Below, piece after piece: positions 13,516 to 26,784 of a DNA stretch of 64,000 nt. Location of the stretch: NCBI GenBank assembly GCA_038087875.1, contig CM075992.1:684001-748000 (forward strand), read 5' to 3'. This DNA is from Malacoraja senta. Taxonomy: Eukaryota. How positions within the stretch are numbered: the first letter of the stretch is position 1; each line of letters opens with the position of its first letter. The position numbers and the translations under genes are program-made. A model generated the notes under the pieces. That model was not told the DNA's origin, searched no databases, and saw only the letters and a list, made by a program, of their open reading frames with translations.

Positions 13516-14100
13516 AACTAGAATTGTGTAGCGTCTTTCTAGTGGTCGAGATTGACCCTCTTAGCAACAGATCAAATGTCCCATATTTATTAAAATGCAA
13601 TAAATCTAACTTTGGTCAATTCGTACTTTTTTTTGCATGGTTTACAACTTTTACAAGTGCACTTTTACTCACCTGTGACAAATGGTTAGCAACAGGAAGT
13701 TAAAATACATGAGCTGGCATTTCAAATATTTTGACATTTTTGTTGCTCAAGTTTAAATGTCAGGGCAACATATCAAGAGTAGGTGAATGTTGAGTGCACT
13801 AATCATCATGACTAAATAATACTCTTGGTTCTCCACACCAACTACACCATTAGTAGGTAGTTAAACAATGCATGAGAATTAAACAATTCTGAATTAAAGG
13901 ACGGAGGTACACAAAAATGCTGGAGAAACTCAGCGGGTGCAGCAGCATCTATGGAGCGAAGGAAATAGGTAACGTTTCGGGCCGAAACCCTTCTTCAGAC
14001 TGATAGGGGCTGAATTAAAGGACCTTCTTTTAGGAAGGTGAGGAGGAATTTTGTTAGTCAGAGGGTGGTGAATCTGTGGAATTATTTGCCACAGATGGCT

Positions 14101-17100
14101 TTTTTTTTATTTTTATTTTTTTTTATTTTTTTATTTTTTAGAAGTACGGTAGATTACAGTAATGTACAACACGTATATATTAATACATTTTTTGTACCGC
14201 TTCACTTTTTTAAACTTTAAGAAAGAAAAAGAAAGAAGTAAGAAAAGTGAAGAAAGTGCGCAAAGGTTGTGAAGTGCAAAAGAGTGTTGGGAAAAGAAAG
14301 CCCCTTAGAAAAGAGGTTAGAGAAGGAAGTAAAGTTAGAAAATAGACCCTAGAAAAAAAAAGAGAAAGAAAGAAGGAACAATCGCTCTATTATAACTCTT
14401 ATACCATACTTCATAGAGAAGGAACTACCAACCAAGTCTGTTTTTATTTTACCTCCCATTACCAGGTCCAGATACCTTTTATTTATTTATTTGTTTTTCT
14501 AAATTACTATTGCACCTCATGCTTGTAATAGGTCCAAAAACGTAGACCACGTCTTTTGAAATTGATCTACTTTGCCTACTAGGAGGAATCTCATCTCTTC
14601 CAGATGTAATGTTTCCAACATATTTGATGTCCACATTTTTATTGTTGGTGTGGGCGCATTTTTCCAGAATTTAAGTATAAGCTTTTTTCCCATTATTAGC
14701 CCATAATTGAGTAAATTCTTCTGATACACGTTTAATTCAGGAATACCTTCCGATATTCCAAAAATAATCCATTCTGGTTTTGGTACCAGTTTTATTTTGA
14801 TTAATTTTGAAAAAATATCAAATATTTCAAACCAGAATTTTTGGATTTTTGTACAAAAAACAAAAGAATGTGCTATGGTAGCTTCTTGACATATACATTT
14901 ATCACAGATTGGTGAGACGTTAGGAAAGATTTTATTTAGTTTGGTTTTTGAATAATATAATCTATGTAATGTTTTAAATTGGATAAGCGTATGTCGTACG
15001 TTGATCGAGCATTTATGCACCTGTAATAAATGATTATCCCAACTCTCTTTTGAAATTTTTATACCTAGATCTTGTTCCCAATCTCTTCTAATTCCATCTG
15101 TTGTGGGTATTTCTATATTTAAGATGATATTATATAAGTATGATATTAAATTAACTGATTCCGCCTTTGTCTTCATTGCTTCATCTAGTGAGTCGGAAGG
15201 CATATTATAATAATCTTTTGTGTGTGTTTTCAAATAGTCACAGATTTGTATATATTTAAAATATTGATTATTTTTCAAATTATATTTCAGTTGTAGTTGT
15301 TGGAATGATAGTAATTTTTCTAATTCATACAGATCTTCGAGCGTTTTAATTCCCATTCTTTCCCATTGTATAAATGCTTTATCTATGATTGAAGGTTTAA
15401 ACGATGGGTTATTGACTATTGGTATTAAGAGAGATAGGTTTCTTAATTTTAGATTCTGTTTTATTTGCTTCCATGTTCTAATAGTGCTATATATAATTGG
15501 ATTTTTATTATAATTTTTATTATTCAAATTTATTGGAGAGAGAATAATCGCTCCTATATTATTCGGGGAGCAATCCCCTTTTTCCATTATAATCCAGTCC
15601 ACCTGCTGGGCAGAATTGTCCAGCAGGTGAATCATATTTTTAATATTTACTGCCCAGTTATAATACATAAAGTTAGGGAGCGCTAGACCCCCCAACTCTT
15701 TTCGTTTGTTAAGGTGTGTTCTTTGTATTCTGTGGGATTTGTAATCCCATATAAAATTTGTAATGTCTGAGTCCAGTTTTTTGAAAAACTTTTTTGGGAG
15801 ATATATAGGTATTGATTGAAATAGGTAAAGGATTTGTGGTAAGAAAATCATTTTTATAGCATTTATCCTACCTATTAAGGACATCGGAAGTGTTTTCCAA
15901 AATTTAATCAGATTATTTAATTTCTTAAGTAGGGGATTATAATTAGCTTTAAACATATCATGGTAATTTCTAGTAATCTCAATTCCTAAATATTTGAATT
16001 TTTCCATAGCTATTTTAAAAGGGAATTTCCTGAGATGTGTTGAGTCTTTTGGTTTAATCGACATAATTTCACTTTTGTTCCAGTTTATTCTATATCCTGA
16101 AAAGGATCCAAAGTCCTCAATTAAGTTTAATATATTTGGTATACTAATTTGTGGTTTTGTGATGTACAGTAGTACATCATCAGCATATAGGGATAGTTTG
16201 TTGTTTGAATATTTTGTGTTATAACCGTGAATATTCGAGTGTGTTCTTATTTTTTCAGCAAGGGGTTCAATTACCAAAGCAAATAACAGCGGTGATAGTG
16301 AACATCCTTGTCTGTTGCCCCTAGATAATTCGAATTTTGAAGATAATATATTATTAGTTAGTATTCTAGCCGTAGGTTTGTTATATAGTAGTTTTATCCA
16401 TGCAATAAAGTTTTCTCCCAATTGGAATTTTTGCAATACTTTGATCATATAGTCCCATTCTACTTGATCAAACGCTTTTTCTGCGTCCAGTGAGATGATA
16501 GCTAACTCTTGGTCATAAGATTTATGTGAATGCATTATGTTAAGCAAACGTCTCAAATTATTAAATGAGTGTCTCTTAGGTATAAATCCTGTTTGATCCT
16601 CATGTATTAGTCTACTAACATACTTGCTTAATCTATTGGCTAATGTTTTTGCTATTATTTTCTGATCCGTATTTAACAAAGCAATAGCTCTATATGATCC
16701 TGGTTCTTCTATATTTTTATCTTTTTTAAGTATTAATATGATCGTTGATTCCGCTAGTGTTTCAGGTAGGTTTTGCTCTTTATAAGCATATGTATACATT
16801 TTTTGTAATCGTGGAGTAACTATATCATAAAAAGATTTATAAAATTCATTACTGAATCCGTCTGGTCCTGGTGTTTTTCCATTTTTTAGTGTTTTTATTG
16901 TGTCTTCTATCTCCTTAGAAGTAATTTGTGCTCCCAGTTCCTCTTGTTCCCTGCGTTCTAATTGTGGTAGATTACAATTATCTAAAAATTCTGAGATTTT
17001 ATTATTGTCTATTGACGTTTTAGATGTGTATAGATTCTGGTAAAATTGAGCAAATCTTTTATTAATATCCTTGGGTAGTGTTAATACTTCCCCTCTATCT

Positions 17101-18153
17101 GATTTGATCTTTAATATTGCATTCTCTTTTTCCCGTTTTTTAAGTTGTCGTGCTAGAAGTTTGTGGGGTTTGTCCCCGAATTCGAAGTGTTCTTGTTTTG
17201 TGATTTGAAATAATGTTATAACTTTCTCTGACAGTAATTTATTTAACTGAAATTTCAGTAGTAGTATTTTATTATGTTTATCCATAGTTGGGTCTTTAGC
17301 ATTATCTATATCTAACTGTTTTATTTGATCTTCTAAGTGTCTTTGTTCATTCTTATTCTTTTTATTTTGATAAGCTTGAAATGAAATAATGACTCCTCTT
17401 ATAAATGCTTTGAAGGATTCCCATAATAACGTGGGGGATATCTCTGGTGTATCATTTAACTCAAAAAATAGATCCATCTGTTTTTTTAGATAGATACTCC
17501 CTTGAGGGTCTTTTAAAATTTGTGAGTTAAACCTCCAGAACGGTTTATTCATAGACATTCCTTCTAGTTTTAGAACAAAAGTTAACGGAGAATGATCTGA
17601 GATCGCATTAATATGATATTTAGGATTCAGAGATTGCGAAATTAATTTTGTATCCACTAGAAAATAGTCTATCCGTGAATATGTTTTATGCACCATTGAA
17701 TAAAACGAGTAATCCCTTCCCGTCGGGTTTGCAATCCTCCATACATCTGTTATATTTGTGTTTTCCATATATGTGTGTAAGAGTTCACTGGTTTTAGATT
17801 TCGTCTGACCTTTTTGTTTTTGCATCGATTTATCTAAATAAGGATCTAAAACACAATTAAAATCTCCTCCGATTATAACATTTTGATAATTAGATTCTGC
17901 AATTATATTCAGAATTTTATTAAAAAATTGAGGGTTATCAAAGTTGGGCGCATATATGTTTACCAGCGTAATTGGCATATTATTGATCTCCCCTGCTACT
18001 ATAAGATATCTCCCTTCCTTATCTAAAATAGTGTTCTTTGATTTAAATGGAATTCCTTTACGAATAATAATTGCAGTACCTCTAGATTTGGAGGTAAATG
18101 AAGAGTGAAATGTTTGGCCTATCCAGTTCGCCCTCAGTCTTGTCTGATCTTGC
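14101..18153 (-). mobile_element. L1-clade LINE, 5'-truncated, young; ORF2 + 3' UTR + A-rich tail
   Basis: T-rich tail at 14101-14138; 16-bp TSD TTTGCCACAGATGGCT at 14085-14100 and 18154-18169; inserted into a CR1 3' fragment. Confidence 0.95.
14517..18153 (-). CDS. L1 ORF2 (APE endonuclease, N-terminally truncated; reverse transcriptase; C-terminal Cys-rich motif)
   Basis: Motifs NIYAPN, GGDFN, SRIDYF, SDH, PGPDGF, LDAEKAFD, RQGCSLSPLLF, LYADD, KYLGI, CDKC...H...C; no stop over about 1210 codons. Confidence 0.93.
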
Positions 18154-18513
18154 TTTGCCACAGATGGCTGTGGAGGCCAAGCCAATGGATATTTTTTTAA
18201 GGCAGAGATAGATTCTTGATTAGTACGGGTTATGGGGAGAAGGCAAGAGAATGGGGTTAGGAGGGAGAGATAGATCAGCCATGATTGAATGGCGGAGTAG
18301 ACTCGATGGGCCGAATGGCCTAATTGTACTCCTATTCCTTATGACCTTATGAGGTGTTGATGAATATCGGGCCAGCATTTTATGTCCATCTTCGGTTTAA
18401 ACCAGCATCTGCAGTTCCTTCCTGCTCATAATATTTAAATCTACATTGTTGTTTAATGCTCCTTGTGTCTGTATGAATCTGTTTTAACGGGAAAACGCTG
18501 TTTCTTTGCTCAG

Positions 18514-18660
18514 AACCAGGTGAACAGCAGCCTCTTGAACCGAACAGAGCAGGCCTGCACGGGTCTGCAGGACAAGCTGCAGTACGTCACGGCACAGAAC
18601 AAGGGACTGCAGACACAGCTCAGTGAGACCAGGCGCAAGCAAGCTGAGGTGGACTGTAAG
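18514..18660 (+). CDS. EVI5L: EVI5-like exon (NQVNSSLLNRTEQACTGLQDKLQYVTAQNKGLQTQLSETRRKQAEVDCK)
   Basis: Polypyrimidine tract plus CAG acceptor, GTGAGC donor, 147 nt; LLNR and AQNKGLQTQLSE.RRKQAE match EVI5L. Confidence 0.94.
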
Positions 18661-20671
18661 GTGAGCACTGTCCTTATAAAACATTGCCCATCCACCTCCA
18701 CCCCTTCAACAAAAGATGTTTGACTCCAGCAGCTGCCACTTCAGTTGGTAGAAATGTGGTGAGTTTCTGAGCCCTGAGTGTACCGAGAGAATAAACTAGG
18801 AAAGTGCGGGAAATGTTTCAATGGTTGAGTTATGTCAAAGTTCGAACATTAAAGGAACTGACCTGAGACCGCTACTCGTCAATCTTGCAGAACAAGTGTA
18901 ACGTCTGGGGTCACACCAACAGATATTTATTTCACAATCATTTAACTGAAAACATATATTACAAGATGGTTTCCTAGAAGCCTAAAGATTGACAGACCAT
19001 TGGTAGAAATTGCCAAATGCTAACTATTTGGTAGTAAAAGAAAAAATGAAGTAGGGTTAAAGCTTTCTTCTTGTATTACAACCACGTTCATAAGTTATAC
19101 GAGCAGAATTAGGCCATTCGGCCCATCAAGTCTACTCCGCCATTCAATCATGGCTGATGTACCTTTCCCTCTCAACCCCATTCTTCTGCCTTCTTCCCAT
19201 AATCCCTGACACCCTTACTAATGAAGAATTAACCATTGAGTTAATGCTCACCCTCTCCATATCTCATACTTTCTGCCCACTGTGTTTCCACTCCAATCCC
19301 TCTAATTGAGAAATTACTCATTGTCCCATTGACTCCTGGCATTATTGTTACAGAGCAGACTCTCAGCAAAACCATACCCAATTTGCATTGTGCTCTGTGC
19401 TAGCATGAGTCAGATGTGTCAATAATCGGAATGTCACTAACACTGCTGCACACAATGTGTGAAATATCATTTCCCATCTACTCAATCTGCATTTAAGAGA
19501 AAACTAAATGAGTTCTGGAGGATGAAAGGAATAGAAAAATGTGGCCAAGAGGGTTAGAGGAAGAGGTGTGTGTACTTAGAGATATTGGCGGTACTAGTTG
19601 AGGCAAACAGCTTGTTTCTGCAACTTAACATCTAAGCAACTAAACTTCTGAACATTGATATACTATTATGTTTTTCGGTCAACTGTGAGGTAGTTCAGTA
19701 ATTGTGATCCAATCCTAGCCGATTTCATTGATTAAAATCTGGCATTACAATTGGTATCCGAGTAAAGATCGTACTGTAGATTTGTTAAAGGTCCTGGGAA
19801 TGAGTTTGTATCCATTGGTGTAGCAAAATATGGACGTTGGCCTTGTGCTTCCTGTGCAGGCTTAACTCTTGCCCTTTCCTGTACACCACCTAGTAACTAC
19901 ATGTTGGGCATTTACATGAGCCTGCAATTATAATGAGCAGATGCCTTGGGCTGGAGATGGTTTATGGCCAAAGCCTGTTTTCATTAAGTGGAAATTGAAG
20001 TTGCAGAGTATCAATCCGGCGCTCTTCATGAAATGGGTTCACGATGAAGTGTTCATGCTCAGATAACTGCGACCCGAGCTGAAGGAAGAGTAAGAGAGGG
20101 GTTAAGCTGGGTTAACAATATGATTGGAGGAAACTAGGGGTGTGAGAACATGTTGGCCTTGGTGCCGTTATTGAAGGCAACACATGATTGTTGAACACAA
20201 AATGGTGGAGTAACTCAGCGCGATAGGCAGCATCTCTGGAGAGAAGGAATGGATGACGTTTCGGGTCGACACCCTTCTCCAGAAATGCTGTCTGTCCTGC
20301 TGAGTTACACCAGCATTTTGTGTCTATCTTTGGTTTAAACCAGCATCTGCAGTTCCTTCCCACAAATGATTGTTGAAGATGGAGGTCGCTTTGAGAAGAC
20401 CATGCCCAGCATTGGAGCTTTATTAATCATATCCACTCCGCCATAAGAAGGGCTCTTTTGAGATCTTTGCCCTTTTGGTATTCAGTAGTCTTGAAGTAAA
20501 CAGCTAAAAGAACATGTTGGTTCTTTCTTGGCTCTTGATACTTCCTGACTCATTCGGCATTCCTAACTGGTAATGACTTGCTCCATGTTTAATTTCATAC
20601 ATTTATCTAAAATTAGTTGTCAATTGCGATCATTCCACCAATTCTACGATCTTGCTGCAAATACACCCTTT

Positions 20672-21052
20672 AGAAACATAGAGACAGAAAATAGGCGCAG
20701 AAGTAGGCCATTCGGCCCTTCGAGCCAGCACCAACCGCCATTCAATATGATCATGGCTGATCATCCAAAATCAGTACCCCGTTCCTACTTTTTCACCATA
20801 TCCCTTGATTCTGTTAGCCCCAAAAGCTATATCTAACTCTCTCTTGAAAACATCCAATGAATTGGCCTCCACTGCCTTCTGTGCCAGAGAATTCCACAGA
20901 TTCACAACTCTGGGTGAAAAGGTTTTTCCTCATCTCAGTCCTAAATGGCCTGCCCCTTATTCTTAAACTGTGACCCCTGGTTCTGGACTCCCCCAACATC
21001 GGGAACAATTTTCCTCCACCTAGCCTGTCCAATGCCTTAAGAATTTTATATG
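20672..21052 (-). mobile_element. CR1 3' fragment
   Basis: Encodes LFPMLGESRTRGHSLRIRGRPFRTEMRK; typical 3' UTR. Confidence 0.85.
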
Positions 21053-24000
21053 TATTCATTCTTTGTTCAGACAGCAAGTTGGGTTGGTCAGCATTTGGGA
21101 ACTCAACAGCCTACCCTTTGTGGGTGAGCGGGTAAATTAGTTAAAAGGACTTGAAGCTAATCACTCAATGTGCTGCCTTTATGGAGCTTCAAGGGTGACT
21201 TGCAACAAGGATTAATGGCTAGTTGAATTTTCCACCTGCGTCAAAACTATCTGGAAATGTTATCTTAGGTTGTGGAAAAAAATGACCTTTTAAAAAAGAT
21301 TTGATGCAATATGACTTCCACGCAAACCTGCTTTCAAATTGTTCAATACTTAGTTTGAAGAGAGAAAAAAATCTACCCTGTGACATGTTTACGTATTGAT
21401 CTGCTTAAGCTAACCAATCTCCAGATTTTTAAGGTGGCTTTTTTGCTGATTTTGTAGCTAGTGTCCAGGAAAACCGTCAACATTTCTGTTTTAATTATAG
21501 CAGTATAATAGTTACTGATTTGCAAAGTAGTCATTATTTTGGAAGGCAAAAAAGTGTGTGGTTTTGCAGGTTTTTTGAATGCTTAATTTAGAGGCAGAAA
21601 GCTGTGATATTTAGTTTAAAATCTGTTGGTGTGGTGATTTGCTGAAAGACAATGACCTGTTCATGCTGAAATGTGTTGGCAATCTAATTTCAACCTTGCA
21701 AGTTGTTACAGCTGCAGTTTTACTTCTAAGCAACATTAATAGAGGAGAGAAGGGGTAAAGTTCGAGCAGGTTAAAGCTTGGTTAGTTACTGGTATTTTTT
21801 TCATTTTACTCTTATACTCAAGAGCTACCAGAATAGCAACAGATTCAACAGTGATGTGTGTCAGATAAGGAGGTTGGGTGGAAAAACTGACGAAAAAGCA
21901 CCAAACTTGATAAACTTGATCATTGTCCATAGATTTACTTATTTATTGCTTCTAAGATGTTTTGGGGTTTCCTTTGACATTTGCTGGCCTATTTTGTACA
22001 TCTTAACTGGTTTTGGGGTTGAGTTTGATTATCGTTGCTAATGGACTTTTCCCAGACACACAATTGGTGCTGACAAGAAAAAGAAGAGCAGATGCTGAAA
22101 ATTTGAAATAGAAACACAAAATGTTGGAAATGCTCAACAGGTCAGGCAACATCTGTGGAGAGAGGAATACATGTGGGAGGTCTCCTGCAATGCAGAAACT
22201 AAACAGAGACTGGGTGACTGTTTTGCTCATCACCTGCTTTCAGTCCATGAAGGCAACCCAGAGTTTTAGCCAAAACGTCACCTGTCCATTTTCTCCAGAG
22301 ATGCTGCCTGACCCACTGTGTTACTCCTGCATTTTGTGTCTACTTTTGGTATAAACCAGCATCTGCAGTTCCATTTTATGACCAGAGTTTCCAATTGTAC
22401 TCTTCATCCAGCAGCCAGTTTGCTCTTGGCCTGTGTAAGGCATTCCAGTGAGGGCCAATGCGAGGGGCATTACCTTGTGGGAGATGAGGATGGGTTTCTA
22501 GCAGACGGACTGAGATGACAATGAAAGACCATCTTTAACAAGAGAGTCTAACTAGGGAGATGTGATGGGACGTTCTTCTCTTTCCTGGTTGAGTACAGCT
22601 CCATAAAGGTTCATGGGGTGACCCCAGTACAAAACAACTATCATGAAGATCTATGGCACTAGCATGAATCAAATATGAAATGCAGTGCAACAACCTGTCA
22701 AATTTCCTTTTGGGGGGGGGGGTCGCATAACTTTAATTTCTGCTGCATAGAAAGATGAGGGTCATTCAACCACAGGGTCAGTCCAACACAACCCCTTCCT
22801 CCACTGGAAGCTCCCAACACATCTCACAACTGCCTGGCAACGATTGATAGCATCATTCAGCTTCTTGAGCATATGTAATTCATCGAAGAAATCAGTGGTA
22901 GCCATTGATTAAACTTACCATAGTCTGCTATTTTTCAGCCTTCTTCACAGCTGAGGGAAATGAGTTAAATTGAAAGTTTTGGGCATTTATGAGCTGTTCT
23001 GACTAAATTATGGAAAAAAATTAAGCATAGTCGCATGATACCAATTGCATTACCAATTTACATATTTACATGTATTTGACTGTGACCCGTGATCCGTGTG
23101 GAGACTGCCAGGCTCATTTTTTTTTTTAATGTACGTGGAATTTGTCATGACTTTGACTGTTTAATTCCTTTTAAGATTAATTTAACGAGGTGGTGTTATT
23201 CAATTTTGATTTAATCTTGAGCCTGAATTGCAATTTTTAACTCCCTGTTAAATGTTGACAACAAATTATGCTACATCTATTGCTTGAGACTTTTTTAATG
23301 TGCTCAAATGCTCAGCCATTTTAAGAATGTGGGATACCAACGATCCCTTTGAACTGATGTGTAGGAAGGAACTGCAGTGCTGGTTAAAACTGAAGATAGG
23401 CTCAAAGAGCTGGATTCTGAAGAAGGGTCTCGACCCAAAACGTCACCCATTCCTTCTCTCCAGAGATGCTGCCTGAGTTACTCCAGCTTTTTGTGTCTAT
23501 CTTCCTTTGAACTGATTCCTGACAGCACCCAGCATCTGAAAGGGGAAGTACACACCGCACACATCCCTGGACCGCATTTGTGTGGGTCAACAACAAATAT
23601 ATTGCTTCATTCCCAAATCTACATGACTTTTGGTGAACAGATCGTGATCTCTTTAACATCCATCATGTTTAATGTCTTTGTAGGTTAACCCACTAATAGT
23701 TCCCAGTGAGAGGAATTTTAATTACAATATTTTGCAATCAGCTTTAGAGGGATGACGTTATTCACCATTTTGTTAACGTATATAATTTAAAATAGTTTCC
23801 AAAAACCACAATCTGTGATGGTGACTGATTGGTGCCTGCACTGTTTTTGGTGTTGCTGAAGCTCATCTGTTGAAAGAAAAATTGCTCAAGTGCATTATTT
23901 GGAGTTATATATTTTCCCACTCGAGTATTGCCTCGTGGAACAAGGAGGGAAATTATGGAAAGTTATCGTTTGATGTAGCTGACGTTGGCCATTGTCATAT

Positions 24001-24545
24001 CTGAGTTTATCTTCATTGAGAAAGAAATTCCTCAGTTTTGGTCCCTGAAAAGTAATTCAAATTTTTAACTTGCAGTTCTTTATATTTCAGAGTCTATTCT
24101 GTGCATTGGCCATTTGAGTGGGGAAAGAGAGGTGGGTTGTCAGCGCCAATGGTCGATTATTGCTTATAGAGTTGCCTGTTCTTGATCTCAGCTGAAGAGG
24201 TCTTCTCCGGCTAAGGTCCACGTGAGAAAAAAATATATTGACAAAATATCAAACCTGACTTGAAGATCTGTCAGAGACTGATCTCTGAAGAAGTGAGAGT
24301 TTGCAGTTTGTGTAGGAATGAGTCAGTGAACAAAGCTACAGTTTCTGTTCTGGTCCTTATTCTTCTAGTGTTGGTGGTGTTCCTTTTAAATGCTAGAATA
24401 AACCTACAATGGAGAGTGAAACTCCTTGTTTTAAACAAAACACCTTTGAATATGTCATCTGAACTTTGGTTTGCAGTTTAACACTGGCAATGCCACCTTG
24501 TCACTGTGTCACTGGAATAATCTGTGGTATCTCACTGCTCACTAG

Positions 24546-24641
24546 AACAAGGAGGAGGTGATGGCCATACGGTTTCGGGAAGCAGATAGTATTGCAGCCA
24601 TTGCTGAACTTCGCCAGCGTATTGCTGAACTGGAAATCCAG
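24546..24641 (+). CDS. EVI5L: EVI5-like exon (NKEEVMAIRFREADSIAAIAELRQRIAELEIQ)
   Basis: CTAG acceptor, GTACAA donor, 96 nt; near-identical to the family motif KEEVMAVRLREADS.AA.AE.RQ.IAELEIQ. Confidence 0.94.
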
Positions 24642-26309
24642 GTACAAATGTATTTGTGTGTTGTGAACGTTGTTGTTCAGTCTCAGCTGCATCCTGTTGC
24701 TTGTTGTCATGTGGTCACACTCCCCAGCATGCACCCGGGAATAGACACCTCTTAGCATCAATCATGCCGGATTCACATCAGTCTCTTCTGCTTGTTCTGT
24801 CCTCCTTGCTTCGAGGTCCAACACATTGTACATCCGATAATTAATTACAAGCTCTCCATCTTGTCATTCCCTGCTGATGTGAAGAGTTGGTGGTAACCTG
24901 AATGCCAGTGGCCTTAAGATAGGTAATCCACACCCAAAACATCAGCCATTCCTTTCCTCCAGAGATGCTGCCTGTCCCGCTGAGTTACTCCAGCTGTTTG
25001 TTCCATTCCACTGCCTACCTCCTGTCTGGCATGTGATAAATATTGCAATTCTCTGTTGTGTGAGAGTTTTATTTAACTCTTCAAGCCATTCATATTCATT
25101 TTCTGAAGTCTATAAGGTTCAGTTTTGTCTGACATTGGATGTAAATATTTTCATTAGTTGCTTGACAGAGTTCAACATCAGCGCTGGATCAGTGAAGTCC
25201 CCTTTATTGTAACCCAACAAAGAGCTGATTAAACCAAGACCCTCACACCACTTGGTGGACCAAGCGTAGACAAGTGGGACTAGTGTAGCTGGGAGATTGT
25301 TGGCCGGTTGTGGGCAAGTTGTGACGAAGGGCCTTTTTCCACACGGTATTACTCTATGACTCTATGATTTGGTCAATCATTTACCATTTGGTCACCCTGC
25401 TGTTTGGTCAAGAGGTGGAGAACATGGATAGGTGAGATGTTGGGTCAGGTCCCTTCTTCAGACTGAATAGCTCCTTCAGATTGGTCTGAAGAAAGGTCCT
25501 GACCCAAAACGTCACCTCTCCATGTTCTCCAGAGATGTTGTCTAACCCACTGAGTTCTCCAGCACTCTGAGTCCTCCTTTGTAAATCAGCATCTGCAGTT
25601 ATTTCTTATACAATCCAACTGCAGTTCTGTTTGAGTGCGACTTTCTATTAATTGAAACAGGTACTGATACAAGATGAAACCGCTCCTCACTGTAATGATA
25701 GATTTAGTGGAGAACTTTAGTTGGGTGTAGTTGGATCACACTGGAGCACAACATGGAGTGTAGGTCGACTCAAAGGAGGTGAGGTATTTTGCAGAATAGG
25801 GAAAAATCAAAGGCTGATGAGTTTGACACAATAATTAGTGATGGTTTCCACTGCTTGTAAATCAATAACATGAAGGCACAGATTAAATTGTCACTGACAG
25901 AATGAAGAAGGAAGATGAAGTGTTTTTGCAAAAGGTTATTCCAATGAGAAACATCTTGCCACGTGTGGTAAGGCCAAGATACAATGTTGTTTAAGATGCA
26001 TTTTTGGAGAGCAGTTTTATTGAGGTCAGGGATGATAAGTGCCTCTGTTGGGTCCAGAGCCTCTTGTTTCACCAGCTTTAATTGCTGTTACCAATTCTAC
26101 ATTTGAATTAGATATTGGTCATTTTGTGAGGGTAAAAGAGACTGTTGTGTTCAAATAGTTAGACTCATTGGCAAGAGTAGTTAGGCTAATTCTACATTGA
26201 AGCAGTCTGAAGAAGAATTGGGTTCTGAGCAGCCTAATTTGTAAAACAAATAACACCGATGTTTTTTCTTTAATCTGCTCTAATGGCTTGTTTGCTTTGC
26301 ACTTCAAAG

Positions 26310-26405
26310 AAAGCAGCAGGAAGAATCCAAGGTCAGCTGAACAACTGTGACTCCAATCAATTTATTCGGGAATTGAAGGACCAGATCGCAGAATTAAAAA
26401 CGGAG
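26310..26405 (+). CDS. EVI5L: EVI5-like exon (KAAGRIQGQLNNCDSNQFIRELKDQIAELKTE)
   Basis: AAG acceptor (26307-26309; the only nearby AG that keeps frame), GTAAGG donor, 96 nt; GRIQGQLN...IRELKDQI.ELK.E matches EVI5L. Confidence 0.9.
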
Positions 26406-26467
26406 GTAAGGAGAAATAATTAATTTATAGTGACCATTGCAAGCTTCTGCTGCTGTTAGTTGCCTTA

Positions 26468-26784
26468 TAGGCCTGTCCCACTGTACGAGCTAATTCAAGA
26501 GTTCTCCCGAGTTCCCCCTGATTCGAACTCGGAGATTTACAGTAATAGCCACTCGTAGGTACTCAGGGCTCTCGTGGACATTTTTCAACATGTTGAAAAA
26601 TCTTCACGAGTCTTCCCAAGCTTACCGCGTTTCCCGAGTACCTGCCGTTAGCGTTACGAGCCGCTAAGAGACGTCCCGAGCTCCGACGTACCCGCTACGT
26701 ACATTCTACGTGCTTAACACGAGTTTGATTTTTTTTTAAACTCGGGAGAGATCTTGAATTAGCTCGTACAGTGGGACAGCCCCT
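26468..26784. mobile_element. MITE with about 35-bp terminal inverted repeats (PIF/Harbinger-like)
   Basis: Left CTGTCCCACTGTACGAGCTAATTCAAGA..TCTCCCGAGTT vs right AACTCGGGAGA..TCTTGAATTAGCTCGTACAGTGGGACAG; TTA/TAA flanks; related left-end fragment at about 40645-40688. Confidence 0.8.

Noticed and set aside
18154..18185. Apparent N-terminus MAWPPQPSVAK of the 1222-aa ORF, suggesting a complete autonomous L1
   Set aside because: These codons come from the TSD and flanking CR1 sequence, the start is TTG, and ORF1, the 5' UTR and the first endonuclease motifs are missing.
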